Source: Eledone cirrhosa (Eukaryota). Taken from it: 64,000 bases of DNA. The DNA is taken from positions 23,250,001 through 23,314,000 of the forward strand of contig OZ024754.1 of NCBI GenBank assembly GCA_964016885.1, written 5' to 3'. A program made the position numbers and the translations under genes. This document shows, in pieces, positions 27,129 to 40,486 of the stretch (position 1 is the first letter of the stretch; the number at the start of each line of letters is the position of its first letter). The notes under the pieces are model-generated. The model worked only from the letters and a program-made list of their open reading frames with translations. It was not told where the DNA came from and made no database searches.

Positions 27129-28501
27129 TATATTTAGTTTGATTTGTAATTATTTGGGAAACTAGCCAATAAATCTTTCGATTTTTTCTTTTTATTCTTC
27201 TTTTTATTTTAATTTTTATTTTATTTTAAACATTCTTCATGAAAAATTAAACTACCCTAAAAGTTGATGCTCCAAATATATCGAATAAACGTTACACTAG
27301 ATAAACTTCTATATTAAATATAAGAACATATGTAGACCAAATGGGCATCCTAAACTTTTGAAATGATTTCTGCTAGACGCGATTTGGTAAATAAGTTTTA
27401 GCTTTGTCCGTTTTCGACTCTGATGCTTATAATGAATTTGGCAATATATTGTCAATTAATTTTGAAGGGTTGATCTTTGTGGTCGATTTGCGTGGCATAT
27501 TATGTTTTTATTATTATTTTAATATTTTTTAATATTTTTTAATATTTTTAAATATTTTTTAATATTTTTTTTAATATTTTTTAATATTTTCATTTTTAAT
27601 ATGTAATATTTTTTAGTTTTCTATTTTATTTATTTGTTTATTATTATTATTATTATTATTATTTTTTGTTTTTGGTTCTGATATTTTTATTAATATATTG
27701 AAATCTGTCCTCTATTTCTGCTTGATAGATAATCATGTAGAGTAAAGCCAAGAATAGTATTGTTAAAATTAATATAGACTCTATATATATGTGTATATAT
27801 ACACATATATGTATACTTAAATTTTTATAGCACAATGAGAATGTTCTCCGTGTGAAATAGGGGTTTGCAGAGTTGATCACGTAAATTCACATCGATGTTT
27901 GTAGTTATCATATAAACTTATGAATTTTTAAAACTAGACATAAGATCATTACTTTTCACACATTATAGATACGTGTCTCATTTAGGAATACTGATATTTG
28001 CATTATAGTGCCTGGTTTTTATACGAACTAATATTTTTACATTAAAACATAGGGTTTTTAAATTCAGCCTCGCCTATGTCTGGTTACTTTTCATTTTTCT
28101 CTCTATATAACGGCTGGTCTCTTTCCTAACCACATATATCTCCCTTACATTAATACTAGAGCTAAATAAATAAATAAATAAATAAATAAATGTATCATTG
28201 ATGCGTCGTTCAACTACCTACTTTTCTCTATATATATCTATCTCTATCTATTTCCTCTCTCTATATATCTCTCTCTGTTTCTTTACATGAAGTTCTTCTC
28301 TTTATCTATCTTTCCATCTCTCTATTTTGTTGCATGCATTTCTTCTTTTTCTTCTTTTTCTTCGTTTTCTTTCTTTCTTTCCTTCTTTCTTTCTTTCTTT
28401 CTTTCTGTTTACAATTTTTCACTGCCAAATCAACTTTTTCAAATACAAGTCGATGTTGAACGGTATGTCAAATCTATTTATCTATAAAACTGTCTATATG
28501 G

Positions 28502-28567
28502 TATTTTGTCTGAAGAAGGCATAACATATTGTTAATATGATATCCCTGAAATATATATAATGAAATA
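28502..28567 (+). ncRNA. Type I hammerhead in the 3' pLTR
   Basis: TATTTTGT-CTGAAGA-AGGCAT..CATATT/AATATG..ATCCCT-GAAA-TATATA-TA-ATGAAATA. The variable core base is A, T or G among homologues (28513, 39412, 62349). Confidence 0.8.
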
Positions 28568-28694
28568 AATATGGTTTTATAAATATAGTTTCCATTTATT
28601 TAATATCGTAAATATACTCCAAATACTTGTTGAGTGCTTTTATATCAGTTATAAATATTTACTAGTTGTAACCCAACAATTTAAATATAACTTT

Positions 28695-28743
<49 letters not shown>

Positions 28744-28787
28744 ATAAAATAAATAAGTCAAATATTTTAAATTTGGCTTCGTTTATT

Positions 28788-28830
28788 ACTGCTATATATA
28801 TTTCGTTTGGCTGTGACCTCTTCAGACAGT
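28788..28830 (-). ncRNA. Hammerhead-like motif with weak stem II
   Basis: ACTGT-CTGAAGA-G-GT..AC-GAAA-TATATA-TA-GCAGT. Stem I is 5 bp; stem II is only 2 bp. Confidence 0.45.
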
Positions 28831-28986
28831 CCGAATTAGTGCGGTAGAGACGAGTACACATGTTGTTGAGGTGTTTAACTTTCTCAATACTCTGATATGC
28901 CCAGTTCCTGGTTGGGTTGTTATTTCACTGAGGAACTGGAATCATATGAAATTAAACAAACGAATTTCAGGGTCAAAGGACATCCT

Positions 28987-29794
28987 CTCCTCCCATTGGT
29001 CAGTTTTGAGAACATTCCTCAGTCTATATAAATTCGTTCTGAGGCGAGGCAATCTGTAGTGGTTGTTTTTGTTATGTTAAGTACATCTGACCTCTACCGT
29101 TATGTTGGTAGTGGTGTTGGTGCTGGGGTCAAACTTAAGTCCTGCTGCTATTGATTTTAGAAGGATCTGTGTGTGTGTGTTGACATCTATCCTGCCACCA
29201 TTTCTCATGGTGGTGAGGGTGGGTGGGGGGTGCAAAGCGTATGAAGAAATAAAAGGCAATAAAATGAAGAAAATAGAAAATGAAAATAATATAAGATAAT
29301 TGTTTCTACTTTAGGCACAAGGCCAGCAATTACCCAGTGCATTACTGGTACTTTATTTTATCGACCCCGTAAGGATGAAAGGCAAAGTCAACCTCGGCGG
29401 GATTTGAACTCAGATCGTAAAGGGACGTAACTATGCTGGAAAGCATGGCGTCCGACCCTCTACCGATACTGCCAAGCAAATAATTAAACAAAAAAATGAT
29501 AAAATGGTAGAAAGAATTAGATGATAAAAAAATAAAATAAGATAATCAAATAAAATGTGTGTGTTATAACCAATCTCAAAGTTAGAAAGATTTATAAGAT
29601 CCACTCCTCCCATTGGTCAGTTGTGAGAGCATTCCTCAGTCAAAAGTCTATAGAAATTCTTTCTGAGGTGAGGCGATCTGTAGTGTTTGTTTTTGCTATT
29701 GTTAAGTACATCTGACCTCTACCCTTATTTTGGTAGTGGTGTTGGTGCTGGGGTCAGCCTAGGTCTTGCTGCTGATGATTTTAGAAGGATCTGT
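28987..29794. repeat. ~185-bp diverged direct repeat (28987-29170, 29604-29794)
   Basis: ctcctcccattggtcag...aaggatctgt occurs twice. Confidence 0.85.
29298..29475 (-). mobile_element. tRNA-derived SINE, family A (Nin/Deu-like central domain)
   Basis: A box TGGCAGTATCGG, B box GAGTTCAAATCC, then GCCTTTCATCCTTACGGGGTCGATAAAAT. Five copies in the window. Confidence 0.85.
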
Positions 29795-29804
29795 TGGATC
29801 TGTA

Positions 29805-30356
29805 TAATTGGTGTCTGTACGGTCTAATGTGTGAACAGAAAATTGGAACGTTAAACTTATGTTACGAGTTATAGGATGAAATTAAATTAAAAAATAATAA
29901 ATTGAAAAATAAATTTAAAAAATTAAAAAATTATTAGAAAATTAAAGGTTAAGGCAGCGAGATTTATTTAATGAACTTACAGAGAGAGTCTTATATGAAA
30001 AAATTAATCTCGATAAGATATCAGGTTGGGATATAGAGTAAAGATTAAAGCCTTCGATTGTGAATCCCAGCCAGCACCTCCTAACCACGTGTCAGCCAGT
30101 TTGGAGTGGTATCGTCCAGCGAAAGAAATGGAAATTAATTTTTCCGAGTACTCTAGGAACGTAGCTACCTTAGGCCCCGGGTGTGTTTGCGGGAAGTCTA
30201 CAATTTCGACAGGCCATCGTCTATACCAAACGAATACTATTAATTCACACATGAGGGGTTTATTTACGTGCCAGTAGAGGCATGATACAGCTAACAGTTA
30301 TGCCTAAGCATGGCGTTTATAGGTTTAAGTATAATAGACCGTACAGACACCAATTA
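29805..30356. mobile_element. MITE-like element with 22-bp TIRs and TA flanks
   Basis: TA|TAATTGGTGTCTGTACGGTCTA ... TAGACCGTACAGACACCAATTA|TA. Confidence 0.7.
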
Positions 30357-30460
30357 TATATGCCTTTGTTAAAATATAGATTCTTTGGAATAACATTTTT
30401 CGCGGCGTTTTCTAGCATGACTGTAGTGTGACCCTTACGCTGACTTCTTTCTTTTTTTCT

Positions 30461-30498
<38 letters not shown>

Positions 30499-30694
30499 CC
30501 TTTTTTATTCTTTGACGGAGAGGTGGTAGTACATTATAAGCTTTCGCCCCCTCACCAGCTGGTCATTAGCAGACCGAGTAGCCATCACTTTGAGGGCGAC
30601 TGGCCGAGGTCAAGGCAGCTAGTTGGTCAGTCGTCCTCTCTGTGTCTGATTTTTCGGACACATGGTTTTTAATTATTCGTTTGGTATATTTCGA

Positions 30695-30752
30695 ATACCT
30701 GATGATATCACCGGATTCATATGGAACCCGGTCATTGAAATGACCATAGTAT
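30695..30752 (+). ncRNA. Type I hammerhead with long stem II
   Basis: ATAC-CTGATGA-TATCACCGG..CCGGTCATT-GAAA-TGACCA-TA-GTAT, followed by AATAAA; (TA)n about 200 bp downstream. Confidence 0.68.
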
Positions 30753-31008
30753 AATAAACCTTTCAAGGATTTACACCAGTCCAGCCACCTGTTATTTTAT
30801 TTGTAATTAACTCCGTATTCGCACCACCAACTACACAAACGAAGACTGGGGAATATTGTGGGGGAGTACTACGTTGAGTACTCCCCACAATATTACACCA
30901 AGATTGACCATACGGAATGACCAATTCTATCCAGTGGTGAACCACCAAACCTAAAGAAATATATATATATATATATACATATATATATACACACATATAT
31001 ATACATAT

Positions 31009-31071
<63 letters not shown>

Positions 31072-31460
31072 TATATACACATAGTGAAATAAGATAACAA
31101 GGACGATTGGTTACTCCTCCATTACGTTTATTGGTTGTTGACGCGCGTTTCGACACTGATCAACTCAAGGTTCGACCTGTATCGATCTGACCCAACTCTG
31201 TAATCTATATATATATATATATCCCTGGATATATATATACACACACATATATATATACACACACATATATATATATACGTTATCATTTTACTTCCGCTTT
31301 TCCCTGCTTGCAAGGGTGGGAGGGAACTGATTCTGGCTTGATTTCTACAGCTGGTCCCCTTCCTAACACCAACCATATTTACAGTGAGGGCTGGGTGCTT
31401 TTTTGCCTTGGCACCTCCATGACCACTTTGCAGTGGAATGATAGGGACCCCAGTCCCTAT

Positions 31461-31702
31461 CATCTCATTTGTACAGCTGAGTAAACTGGAGCAATGTGAA
31501 ATAAAGTGTCTTGCTCAAGGAAACAACACATCACCTGGTCTGAGAATTGAACTCACAACCTTTCGATTGCAAGGCCAATGCTCTAACCACTATATATATA
31601 TGAATGGAGGCACATGGCTTAGTGATTAGAGGATTGGCCTTGCAATCGAAAGGTTGTGAGTTCAATTATCAGACCAGGTGATGTTTCCTTGAGCAAGACA
31701 CT
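31461..31702. mobile_element. Head-to-head pair of CORE-type tRNA SINE pieces, family B (31461-31591 minus, 31605-31702 plus)
   Basis: TGGCTTAGTG A box, GAGTTCAATT B box, CCTTGAGCAAGACACTTTATTTCAC..CTCAGCTGTACAAATG CORE-like segment. Confidence 0.75.
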
Positions 31703-32413
31703 ATATATATATATATATATGTCTAAAGACTGTCTTAAACCAGCAGGCTCATTTGGCCAGTGCTTATCCCGGTTTCATGGCGTGAAGCAACTGAGAGTAC
31801 GGCCACTACTTTATATCCATGTAGGAGAACCCCTACCGATGGGCTGAACGAGTGTGACTTTTTAGTCCAGCCAGCGACTTGAAAACGCTGGTACAAACAC
31901 TACACTTGTGTCAATTATTGACACATAGTACTGGGCCCATGGTACCATGTGACGACAAGTGCAGAGAGATCTCCAGATATAAAGCAATGCCTGTGCCGTG
32001 AAGCTTTTCTAGTGAGCAAAGGCACTCCACAAAGCCAATCCCACTCTCTTAACCAAGATGATATTTACCAAAAAGAAGAACAAGTCAACATCATTGGATA
32101 CCATCAGGGTTGCAGGTGTTATATCAGAGTTTTCCTTCTCCTAGAATTCTGCCTTGATAAAGGCTAAGGGGTTATCTCTGCCGGTGATTTTGGATGGCCA
32201 TTGACTCTTAAGAGCTCTTTTGCCCTTTGACAGGTTTTGTTTTTAGTCCTGCAGGATGTCCAAAGTCCCCCTCCTCACCAAGAAACCTTGGTGGGGTTGC
32301 CAGTTTAGTCGCCAACGACCCGACCATGAGACAGGTTGTACTGGGATACATGTTACCAGTAGCACCAACTGGTGACTTGACATAATATATATATATACAT
32401 ATATACATATATT

Positions 32414-32491
<78 letters not shown>

Positions 32492-32494
32492 TAT

Positions 32495-32771
<277 letters not shown>

Positions 32772-33629
32772 TTAATTATACTATTTATGGTTATGTAAAT
32801 ACAAAAACCTTTTGCAGTTATATATATTTTTTTTATACAAACCCTAAATAGTGGTAGGCAGTAATATATTACTACCTTATTACCAGTAAGTTAAGTAGCT
32901 CAATGTAAAAACATCAGATGATTTACAGAGCAGTTATATGAAATATAAGAATCAAAGAACTGTTCAAAACATTTTTGTGCTTACAACTGTTTGGAGGCCA
33001 AACCGAGGTTTGGATTCTTCGGACCAATTTATTAATGAATGGACAGTTATATGACCTCATTTTCACCCAAGAGACATACGGATACATATGCAAATATTGT
33101 GGGTCAACATTCATTACAGCATTTAGAGTCGCAGTACACACTTAGAGATTACATTCATATTAAAAGGTACAATCAAAAATCAAAATACAGGTTAAAATAC
33201 AACATGAAAATAAGCGGTTATATAGTGCAAATGTTATATGTGTGGCAAGCACGTGCGTCTTGTTTATATAGTGTGGCAGAGAGTTACGTGTAGTAGAAGC
33301 ACTTAGGTAGGTAAACAAGAGTGTTAGGTTGGTTGATCTGGTGGCAAATTCTTTATATGATTGTTATAGTCTGTGTGTGGAGAAATGATATAAGCATTAA
33401 AAATAGTGCAAGCATTAAAAATATTAAAAGTATTGGAAATGCACAGCGAAGGGATGATATGGACTTCATGTACTTCGACATTTTCATAGTCAGGGGAGTG
33501 TATTTTTCAGATTATATGCCCCTCACATAATCCACGACAATTCGATATTGAGCGTTTGACAATCCAGTTAGAGAATCGTAGTCTGATGTTCTTTAGTTCA
33601 ATACAGGAGGCTGTTACGTTTCGAGAATC

Positions 33630-33907
33630 GACATTGAATACTACCCGGAAGTGTGTGTGTGGCTAAGGGGAGTTAAAACCTTTAAAAGCCCCCCTCATAA
33701 CACACTACTTAAATTTAGAAATTGTTTATAACCTTATATGATAGGGACTCATTTGAAACACCATTAATGTACTTTAGGATAATAAATTTAACTATGGAAA
33801 TCAGCTAGTTACCTCCCCTTACGCATTAACTCCCCTTACGCATTAACTCCCCTTACGCATTAACTCCCCTTAATCACACACACACTTCCGGAATATAATA
33901 CAATGTC
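33630..33907. mobile_element. MITE-like element with ~45-bp imperfect inverted ends and an internal 17-bp tandem
   Basis: ccggaagtgtgtgtgtggctaaggggagttaa / ttaactccccttaatcacacacacacttccgg; ctccccttacgcattaa x3. Confidence 0.6.
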
Positions 33908-34629
33908 ATCTCTCACAACAAAAACAACCTGATCTATGAATCGAGTTATGGAACGACAAGCTATGGTTTATAACATGGTTCACCAGGCACCCAATGTTGA
34001 ATCATCGTGGATTGTGTGATGGACATGTAGTCTATAAATTGCGTTTCCTGGATTGTGTGAGTGGTGGTGGCTGCGAGGACAGTGGTACTGTTTTGCTTCT
34101 CATTTGTAATATTTTTGATATTTTTGATATTTTTGGTGTTTCTCTACACACGGGCTTATATATCGTACAGGTGTGTGCGAGAAATACTTTAACAATACAG
34201 CCCCCATGATGCTATTGATTGCCTGCTTTAACCGCTTGTTTTACATGTAACAATCTGCCGCACTATAATCCTGTATAAATAAGACACGCGTGCATGCCAC
34301 ACGTGAGACTGTTACATACACTGACTACTCTAAACTTTCCTCTTGCTTTATCTTCATAAACTGCCAATGTTTTATTTTAATTTTAACTTTAATTTTGTCC
34401 TTTAATATCACTGTAACCTTTGTATGTAAATTGCCATGCTATATTATTATGATGGATGTCAACCCACTGTGGGTCAATATATACATATGTTTCTATATGT
34501 CTCTTGTGTTGAAAAGGAGGTCAAGTATGTAAAAAATCACTAAATAATTGCTCCGAAGAATCCAATCCTCGGTTTGGAGGAAACAATTGTAAGCAAATAA
34601 ATGATTTAAACTGAACTTTGATTCATGTA

Positions 34630-34734
<105 letters not shown>

Positions 34735-36249
34735 CACATAATATATATACAGTGAAATTCTGTTATACGAAATTCACGGGGTATAAAAATAATTCGTTGT
34801 AACGAAAAATTCTTTACAACAGAAACGAATCGTTTGTTCGTTGTTCAATTGTATTCTAGTTATGGTGTTTCACATGGAACCTTATAGATATAACACAGAG
34901 AAGTATAGAGTCCAAGTGAAAATATAAGACAACATATAATCTAATAAGAAGGTTAAAGAAAAGAAGGAAAAACAAGTGAAATGAAAGAGAAAGTTGAAAG
35001 GAAAAGGTAGACAAGAATCATTGAAATAATTATTCTACAAAGTGTTCTGTCTCATTTAGAAAGTGTTTTCAATGTTGGCCAGCTAAAATCTTCCCTCACT
35101 CAATTGTATCAAGTTCATTAGTTAATCCTAACTTTCCTGTAAAAGAATTACTGATTTCAACAAGAACCTTTTGGCTAAAACCACTAACAATGACAAATAT
35201 GTTTGTTTCGAGAGAAGGAGTGAATACCTCTATGTGGTTACTTGACCTGTTGGAAATAGCAGCCAAATTTCTTTCAGGTCACATACCTTCTTGAATTAGG
35301 AAAGGACTGTTTGGTCGGTTGCTTTAAGCCCCAGTTTAAAGACAATCGGGAAGTTCCCTAATGAAATATATATCAGGATTGAGTGATCCAAGTTTCAGTT
35401 TGACATTTTATTCGTAATCACGTGTAACACATGTTTCGTGAATATATTATATTTATTTCTCCTCCACTGTTTTTATTACATCTCAAACTTCTGTCTAGGC
35501 AGCGGTCCCTGCCGGACGGGTTTTTTTAGGGCTCCACTTAAGTCAACATAATCAACACATACAACCACGTGCGACTACCCACCAAAAAACAAGAAATCAA
35601 TCACTGAAATATTGACTTAAATAGCCCTTACAAACCTAAGGTAACACAGCAAAAAGCCTACTTAGCCTTACCTGGACGAAAGCTAGGAAATTCCACAATT
35701 TATTATTCATCTGAACATTATCTCCATAATTATGTGGTTGGTACCAGTACATCTCTCAACAAGATTTCTGCTGTTAACCTGGCTTCCACGCACTGAAGCA
35801 TTAACACTGCAGTAACTCAACCACTTTTACAACACGTGGGTTGTATTTACAAGCAAAAGAAAAGAAAACACGGAAAAATTAATTCAAAAACAAATAAAAA
35901 GAAAGATCTATCGCCTTGCTTCTCCACATTTTTATTCTCATCCAACATCTGCTAACACAATAAGTTAGTTTCAGAAGCCCCAAATTCGAGCAGTGATTCG
36001 GTAATCTTGTTAAAGTTAAACCTACATAATTAGATATAATTCAGACTAAGGGTCAGACCTGCTTTTATAAGGAGTAGTAAGAGACAATAAAATATGGAAG
36101 GAGGAGGAGTGAGAGAGATAGAAAGACAAAACTGTGTTAATTCTCTCTCCCCCTCTCTTCTTTAACTCTATCTACCTCTTATGTCTTCATTTCACTGTTT
36201 TATTGTCTTATTTCCTAATTCCACTTAATTCCATTAAATATTCAATCAG

Positions 36250-36438
36250 GGCGGTGAATTGGCAGTATCGGTAGAGGGTTGGATGCCATGCTTTCTAGCA
36301 TAGTTATGTCCCCTTACGTTCTGAGTTCAAATCCCGCCGAGGTTAACTTTGCCTTTCATCCTTACGGGGGTCGATAAAATAAAGTACCAGTAATATACTG
36401 GGTAATGGCTGGCCTTGTGCCAAAAGTAGAAACAATTA
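36250..36438 (+). mobile_element. tRNA-derived SINE, family A
   Basis: Same A/B boxes and body as 29298-29475. Confidence 0.85.
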
Positions 36439-36531
36439 AATATTCAATCTTGGTCGAAATAAATATTTTCATCTGTGACGATCTATACAACCTATAATAG
36501 TAGGAGTCACGTTATATGATATGTATATATA

Positions 36532-36608
36532 CAGGGTGTCCCTAAAATATGTATACACATTTACATAGACTGTAGTTGAAGTGTATACATTTATGGGACG
36601 AGACGCTG
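36532..36608. mobile_element. Miniature Tc1/mariner-type MITE with TA flanks
   Basis: TA|CAGGGTGTCCCTAAAATATGTATACAC...GTGTATACATTTATGGGAC..CTG|TA. Confidence 0.55.
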
Positions 36609-38409
36609 TATATATTTTATATATGCATATATATATTAAAAGATGATTGATATATAAATATAAACATATATATATATATATATATATATACACTCATACG
36701 ATATATTAACAAATGGAAACTATATTTATAAAACCATATTTATTTCATTATACATATTTCAAGGACACCAAGTCAAATTATGGTGCGCTTTCATCACATA
36801 AAATATAGTATAGATCAGTTTTATAAATATATATTGACATACCCTTAAAGAATGCGACCATTTCTCTTGGAAGCTCCCGGATAGTGGGGTTATTAAATTT
36901 AGTCTATTATGCAAATTAGTGTCGGATATGTTTAAATATCAGTAGATTTAAAATAAGCCGTTGAAGTATGGAAAAAAGGGAAAGAAAAGAAAAAGAGAAA
37001 AAAGAGAAAAAGAGAAAAAAGAGAAAAAAGAGCAAACTCTAAGAGGAAAATAAGAAAACAAGAGAAAGAGAAAGAGAAAGAGAGAAAGAGAAAGCCCTAA
37101 GTGATAGCTTGTTGTATTAGCGTAACTTTTAAGATGAAGTGAAAAAATAAATATTTATTGGATGAGTTAGGAAGAGTAAATAAGCGTGAATAGAAAATAA
37201 ATAAATAATAATAACTGGAGAATTTTATCCAGTGATTAAATATGATTAAATGTTTAGTTTATCAATTAAATTATCAATTAAATTATTGAGATCTATACAT
37301 TAAAATTGAGATCTATATTTTATTAAAATCTATATATTATTAAAACTATATATTATTAAAAAATCTATATATTATTAAAAGAATACATTCATATATATAC
37401 ACACACAAACATATATATATACATATATATACATATATACATACACATACATATATATACATACAATAAAAGATTTTTTACGTTTAAGATATAGGAATTT
37501 TTCTAAACTTATAGATTTTTCGGAGAAATCGGAGAAAAAATCAGAGAAAAATCATTTCTATGTAATAGCAAAACAGCGTGAAGGAAATTAAGTTATTTAC
37601 TTATATTAAATGTTATAAATGTTAAGATAATAAAGGAAATTTAAGATTATACAAACCTTATATTATTTAATACTAAGTTATAATTTTATAAATTTTATAA
37701 ATTTTATAAATTTTATATCTAATAAATCCACCTGTTATGTAGTTGTGACTGTTATTACATAAGTTTGTTTAGCATAAACCGTAAGAAATCCTTTATAACA
37801 GAGTGCATTCGAATTGTATGCATGTATACATATACACAACCCCTACATAGATACACACACACACATATACAGATACAGGTAGACATGCATCATACATATA
37901 TATATATAAAGAGAGAGAGATAAATATGAAGTACATAATATATAAAATAAAATAAAAATGAATTATAGCTTTAAAAGGAATTACGATTTGGAAATATATT
38001 CATACAATTTTAAGCAATATAACTTTAAAGCAATATAATTTAAAAAAATATTTTAAAATATTTTAAGATATAATTTTAAATATAGGAATATGTCTAAAGA
38101 TTCAGTATAAAAATGAATTTAAATTTTTTATATATAATATTTAACTCTCAGTATGTTTAACTTAATTTTTTATAACCATATGAAAAATTTTCAAAGAAAA
38201 AGAAAGAGAAACTTTCAAAAAAGAGAAACTTTCAAAAATAGGAGAAACTTTCAAAGGAAATATTTTCCCCTTTTAAGAGCTTTCAGTATGTTTATCTAGA
38301 AAAGTTTCCTAGCAAAATTTTTTTTTATAATGAGAGTTTTAAGCAGTCAAATGAAGGAATCTAATGATTTATCGATAGGTTCAATATATTTAATAGAATG
38401 AGTTATATA

Positions 38410-39354
38410 TTACATTTTAAATTTATATTTAAACGTTGAATTCAATCTATGTTTGCAGCAACTGAAAAGATTGATCCTTACGTTCAGGGGATTTTTGCTT
38501 TTTAATATAAAGAATATTTCCTCTATACAAAGATCGCAATTTTCGGAAGAGGAGTTAAATGGAGTAGCTTTTGAAATAATATTCCAAAGTAACGAATATT
38601 TAACGTTCTTTAATTTAAGGTCCCATAATAAGCTAGATAGAGAAGTTGAAGATTTTTTGTTTAAATGTGTAAAAGAGCATTTATGGTTATTAAAACGAGA
38701 TTTAAAATCTGTGGAAGTAGATCCTACATAATTAAATGAATTTAAATTAGTTTTTACATTACAATTATATACTATATTGTTAGCTAAACAATTGTTATTT
38801 AACGGACAGTTAGATTTATTTCTACAGTTACATTTATCAAAAATTAAGTTACTAGGAGCTGTATTATTAAATTGAGCTGTATTACGAAATTGGATATTGC
38901 TGGGGTTATTAGTGGTATTTTGGTTATGTTTTAAATTTCTATTATTAATTCTATTAATATTTTGCGCTAAATTTTTGAGGGATGAATAAGTTAATTTTAT
39001 AGTATGTCTATTAAATATTGAGTAATATCTATGTGTTCTAGGGAAGCATTTATCAAGAGCTTTAAAGAATAGCTTAGCAATAGGAGTTTTAATATATAAT
39101 GAGAAAGGAGGAGCGAACCATAATATATTCCTAGTTCTATTTCTTTTTTGGTTTTCCGAATTATTGTGAGGTTTTCTATTATAGTTGTTAAAATTGTTAA
39201 GATTATGGCTAGTTGTTATATTATTATTATCAATGTATTTAATTTTATTCCTATATCCAGATCTACCTAACGCTTCGTTGTAATAATGGGCTTTATCATC
39301 AAATATATTCCTACTAGCTGAAATTCTAGAAATGCGTTGCTGTACAGAATTCAC
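38410..39354 (-). pseudogene. PLE RT thumb + GIY-YIG endonuclease fragment (open, 5'-truncated)
   Basis: RNILWFAPPFS, CNCRNKSNCPLNNNCL, IVY..NYVGST..FKSRFNNH, CDLC, LFSCCKHR. Confidence 0.88.
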
Positions 39355-39400
39355 TATAGTATTTTTAACGGATATTTATTTATAATACTGATCTATATTA

Positions 39401-39464
39401 TATTTTATCTGATGAAAGCGCACCATAATTTGACTTGGTGTCTTGAAATATGTATAATGAAATA
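39401..39464 (+). ncRNA. Type I hammerhead in the inverted pLTR; partner at 36741-36805 (minus) has a core C-to-G change
   Basis: TATTTTAT-CTGATGA-AAGCGCACCA..TGGTGTCTT-GAAA-TATGTA-TA-ATGAAATA. Confidence 0.8.
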
Positions 39465-39625
39465 AATATGGTTTTATAAATATAGTTTCCATTTGTTAAT
39501 ATATCGTATTTTTACTCCAATAATTTGTTGAGTGCTTTATATCAGTTATAAAAATATTTGCTTGTTGTATCCCAACAATTTAAATAGAACTTCTACATAT
39601 ACACTCATATGTATGTTTATATATT

Positions 39626-39702
<77 letters not shown>

Positions 39703-39728
39703 TCATATGTATGTTTATATATTTATAA

Positions 39729-39774
<46 letters not shown>

Positions 39775-39776
<2 letters not shown>

Positions 39777-40482
39777 TAAATCATGTCTTTAGAATCATCA
39801 GATAATAAAATATATACTATTTCTTCTTCTAATTAGCATAATTAACCATATAAAAAAATCAATTAGAACAAGCTATAAGAATAAATGCTCTTATGGAGAA
39901 ATCTCCGACAAATAACCGAACGTAGCCTCTTCGCGGCGGCCTCAATCGAGTATTTATCCAACATTTCGACAGCATGTAGAAACTGACTAAATATACCATC
40001 AACCATACACAATTAGGTGTAAAATTAAACTTAGAAGAAATGCGCACATACCGTAATTATATCTCTACCATGGTTTCTTCCTTATTTTTAGACATCCAAA
40101 TAATAGGAATGTCCTGAGTTAGGATTCATCAGGAGACAAACTCAAAATCAGACATCTAGTTTTTCAATCCGATCCCGCCAAAAATAGATTCAAAAATGGC
40201 TAAGAATCGCTATGTGGCTGTGGTCAAGCCAGAAAGAAAGAATGTGATTGGTTGCTTACGGCGGGTAGGCTTGCTGTAGAAAGCGCAGCCAAATATCGCC
40301 AAATTTAATCTCAACCTATTGGGAGATTATTAAATATAAAGGTTAACATATACATAAAGTTGTAGATATATACAGGTTGCAACTGGTCACTTTTAAGCTC
40401 TATGAAGAATTAATAAATAAAAAAATCAGAGCAATATATCATAAATCATGTCTTTAGAATCATCAGATAATAAAATATATAC
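39775..40482 (-). mobile_element. Retrozyme-like element: 665-bp monomer with a 43-bp terminal direct repeat and a central HHR
   Basis: cataaatcatgtctttagaatcatcagataataaaatatatac at 39775 and 40440; (TA)n on the left. Confidence 0.65.
40060..40138 (-). ncRNA. Type I hammerhead with extended stem II
   Basis: TGTCTC-CTGATGA-A-TCCT..GACATTC/GGATGTC..AGGA-A-GAAA-CCATGG-TA-GAGATA. Confidence 0.7.
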
Positions 40483-40486
40483 ATTT

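Larger units (their letters stand above)
24613..28696 (+). mobile_element. Penelope-like element (Hydra-clade-like), 5'-truncated, with an inverted 347-bp pLTR (24613-24959 / 28264-28610), in (TA)n
   Basis: Inverted arms read directly, RT-EN ORF inside, an HHR in each arm, (TA)n on both flanks. Confidence 0.9.
36699..39596 (-). mobile_element. Second Hydra-clade-like PLE, deeply 5'-truncated, inverted pLTR arms, candidate 13-bp TSD
   Basis: ORF 38410-39354 is homologous to the C-terminal half of the 24960-27128 protein. Arms ~36699-36830 / 39378-39507. atatacactcata at 36686-36698 and 39597-39609. Confidence 0.88.

Noticed and set aside
29298-29475. A/B boxes suggesting tRNA genes (all SINE heads)
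   Set aside because: No cloverleaf; the boxes continue into multi-copy SINE bodies.
39795-39805. CTGATGA on the minus strand within the 43-bp terminal repeat (also at 40460)
   Set aside because: No downstream stem II or GAAA box.
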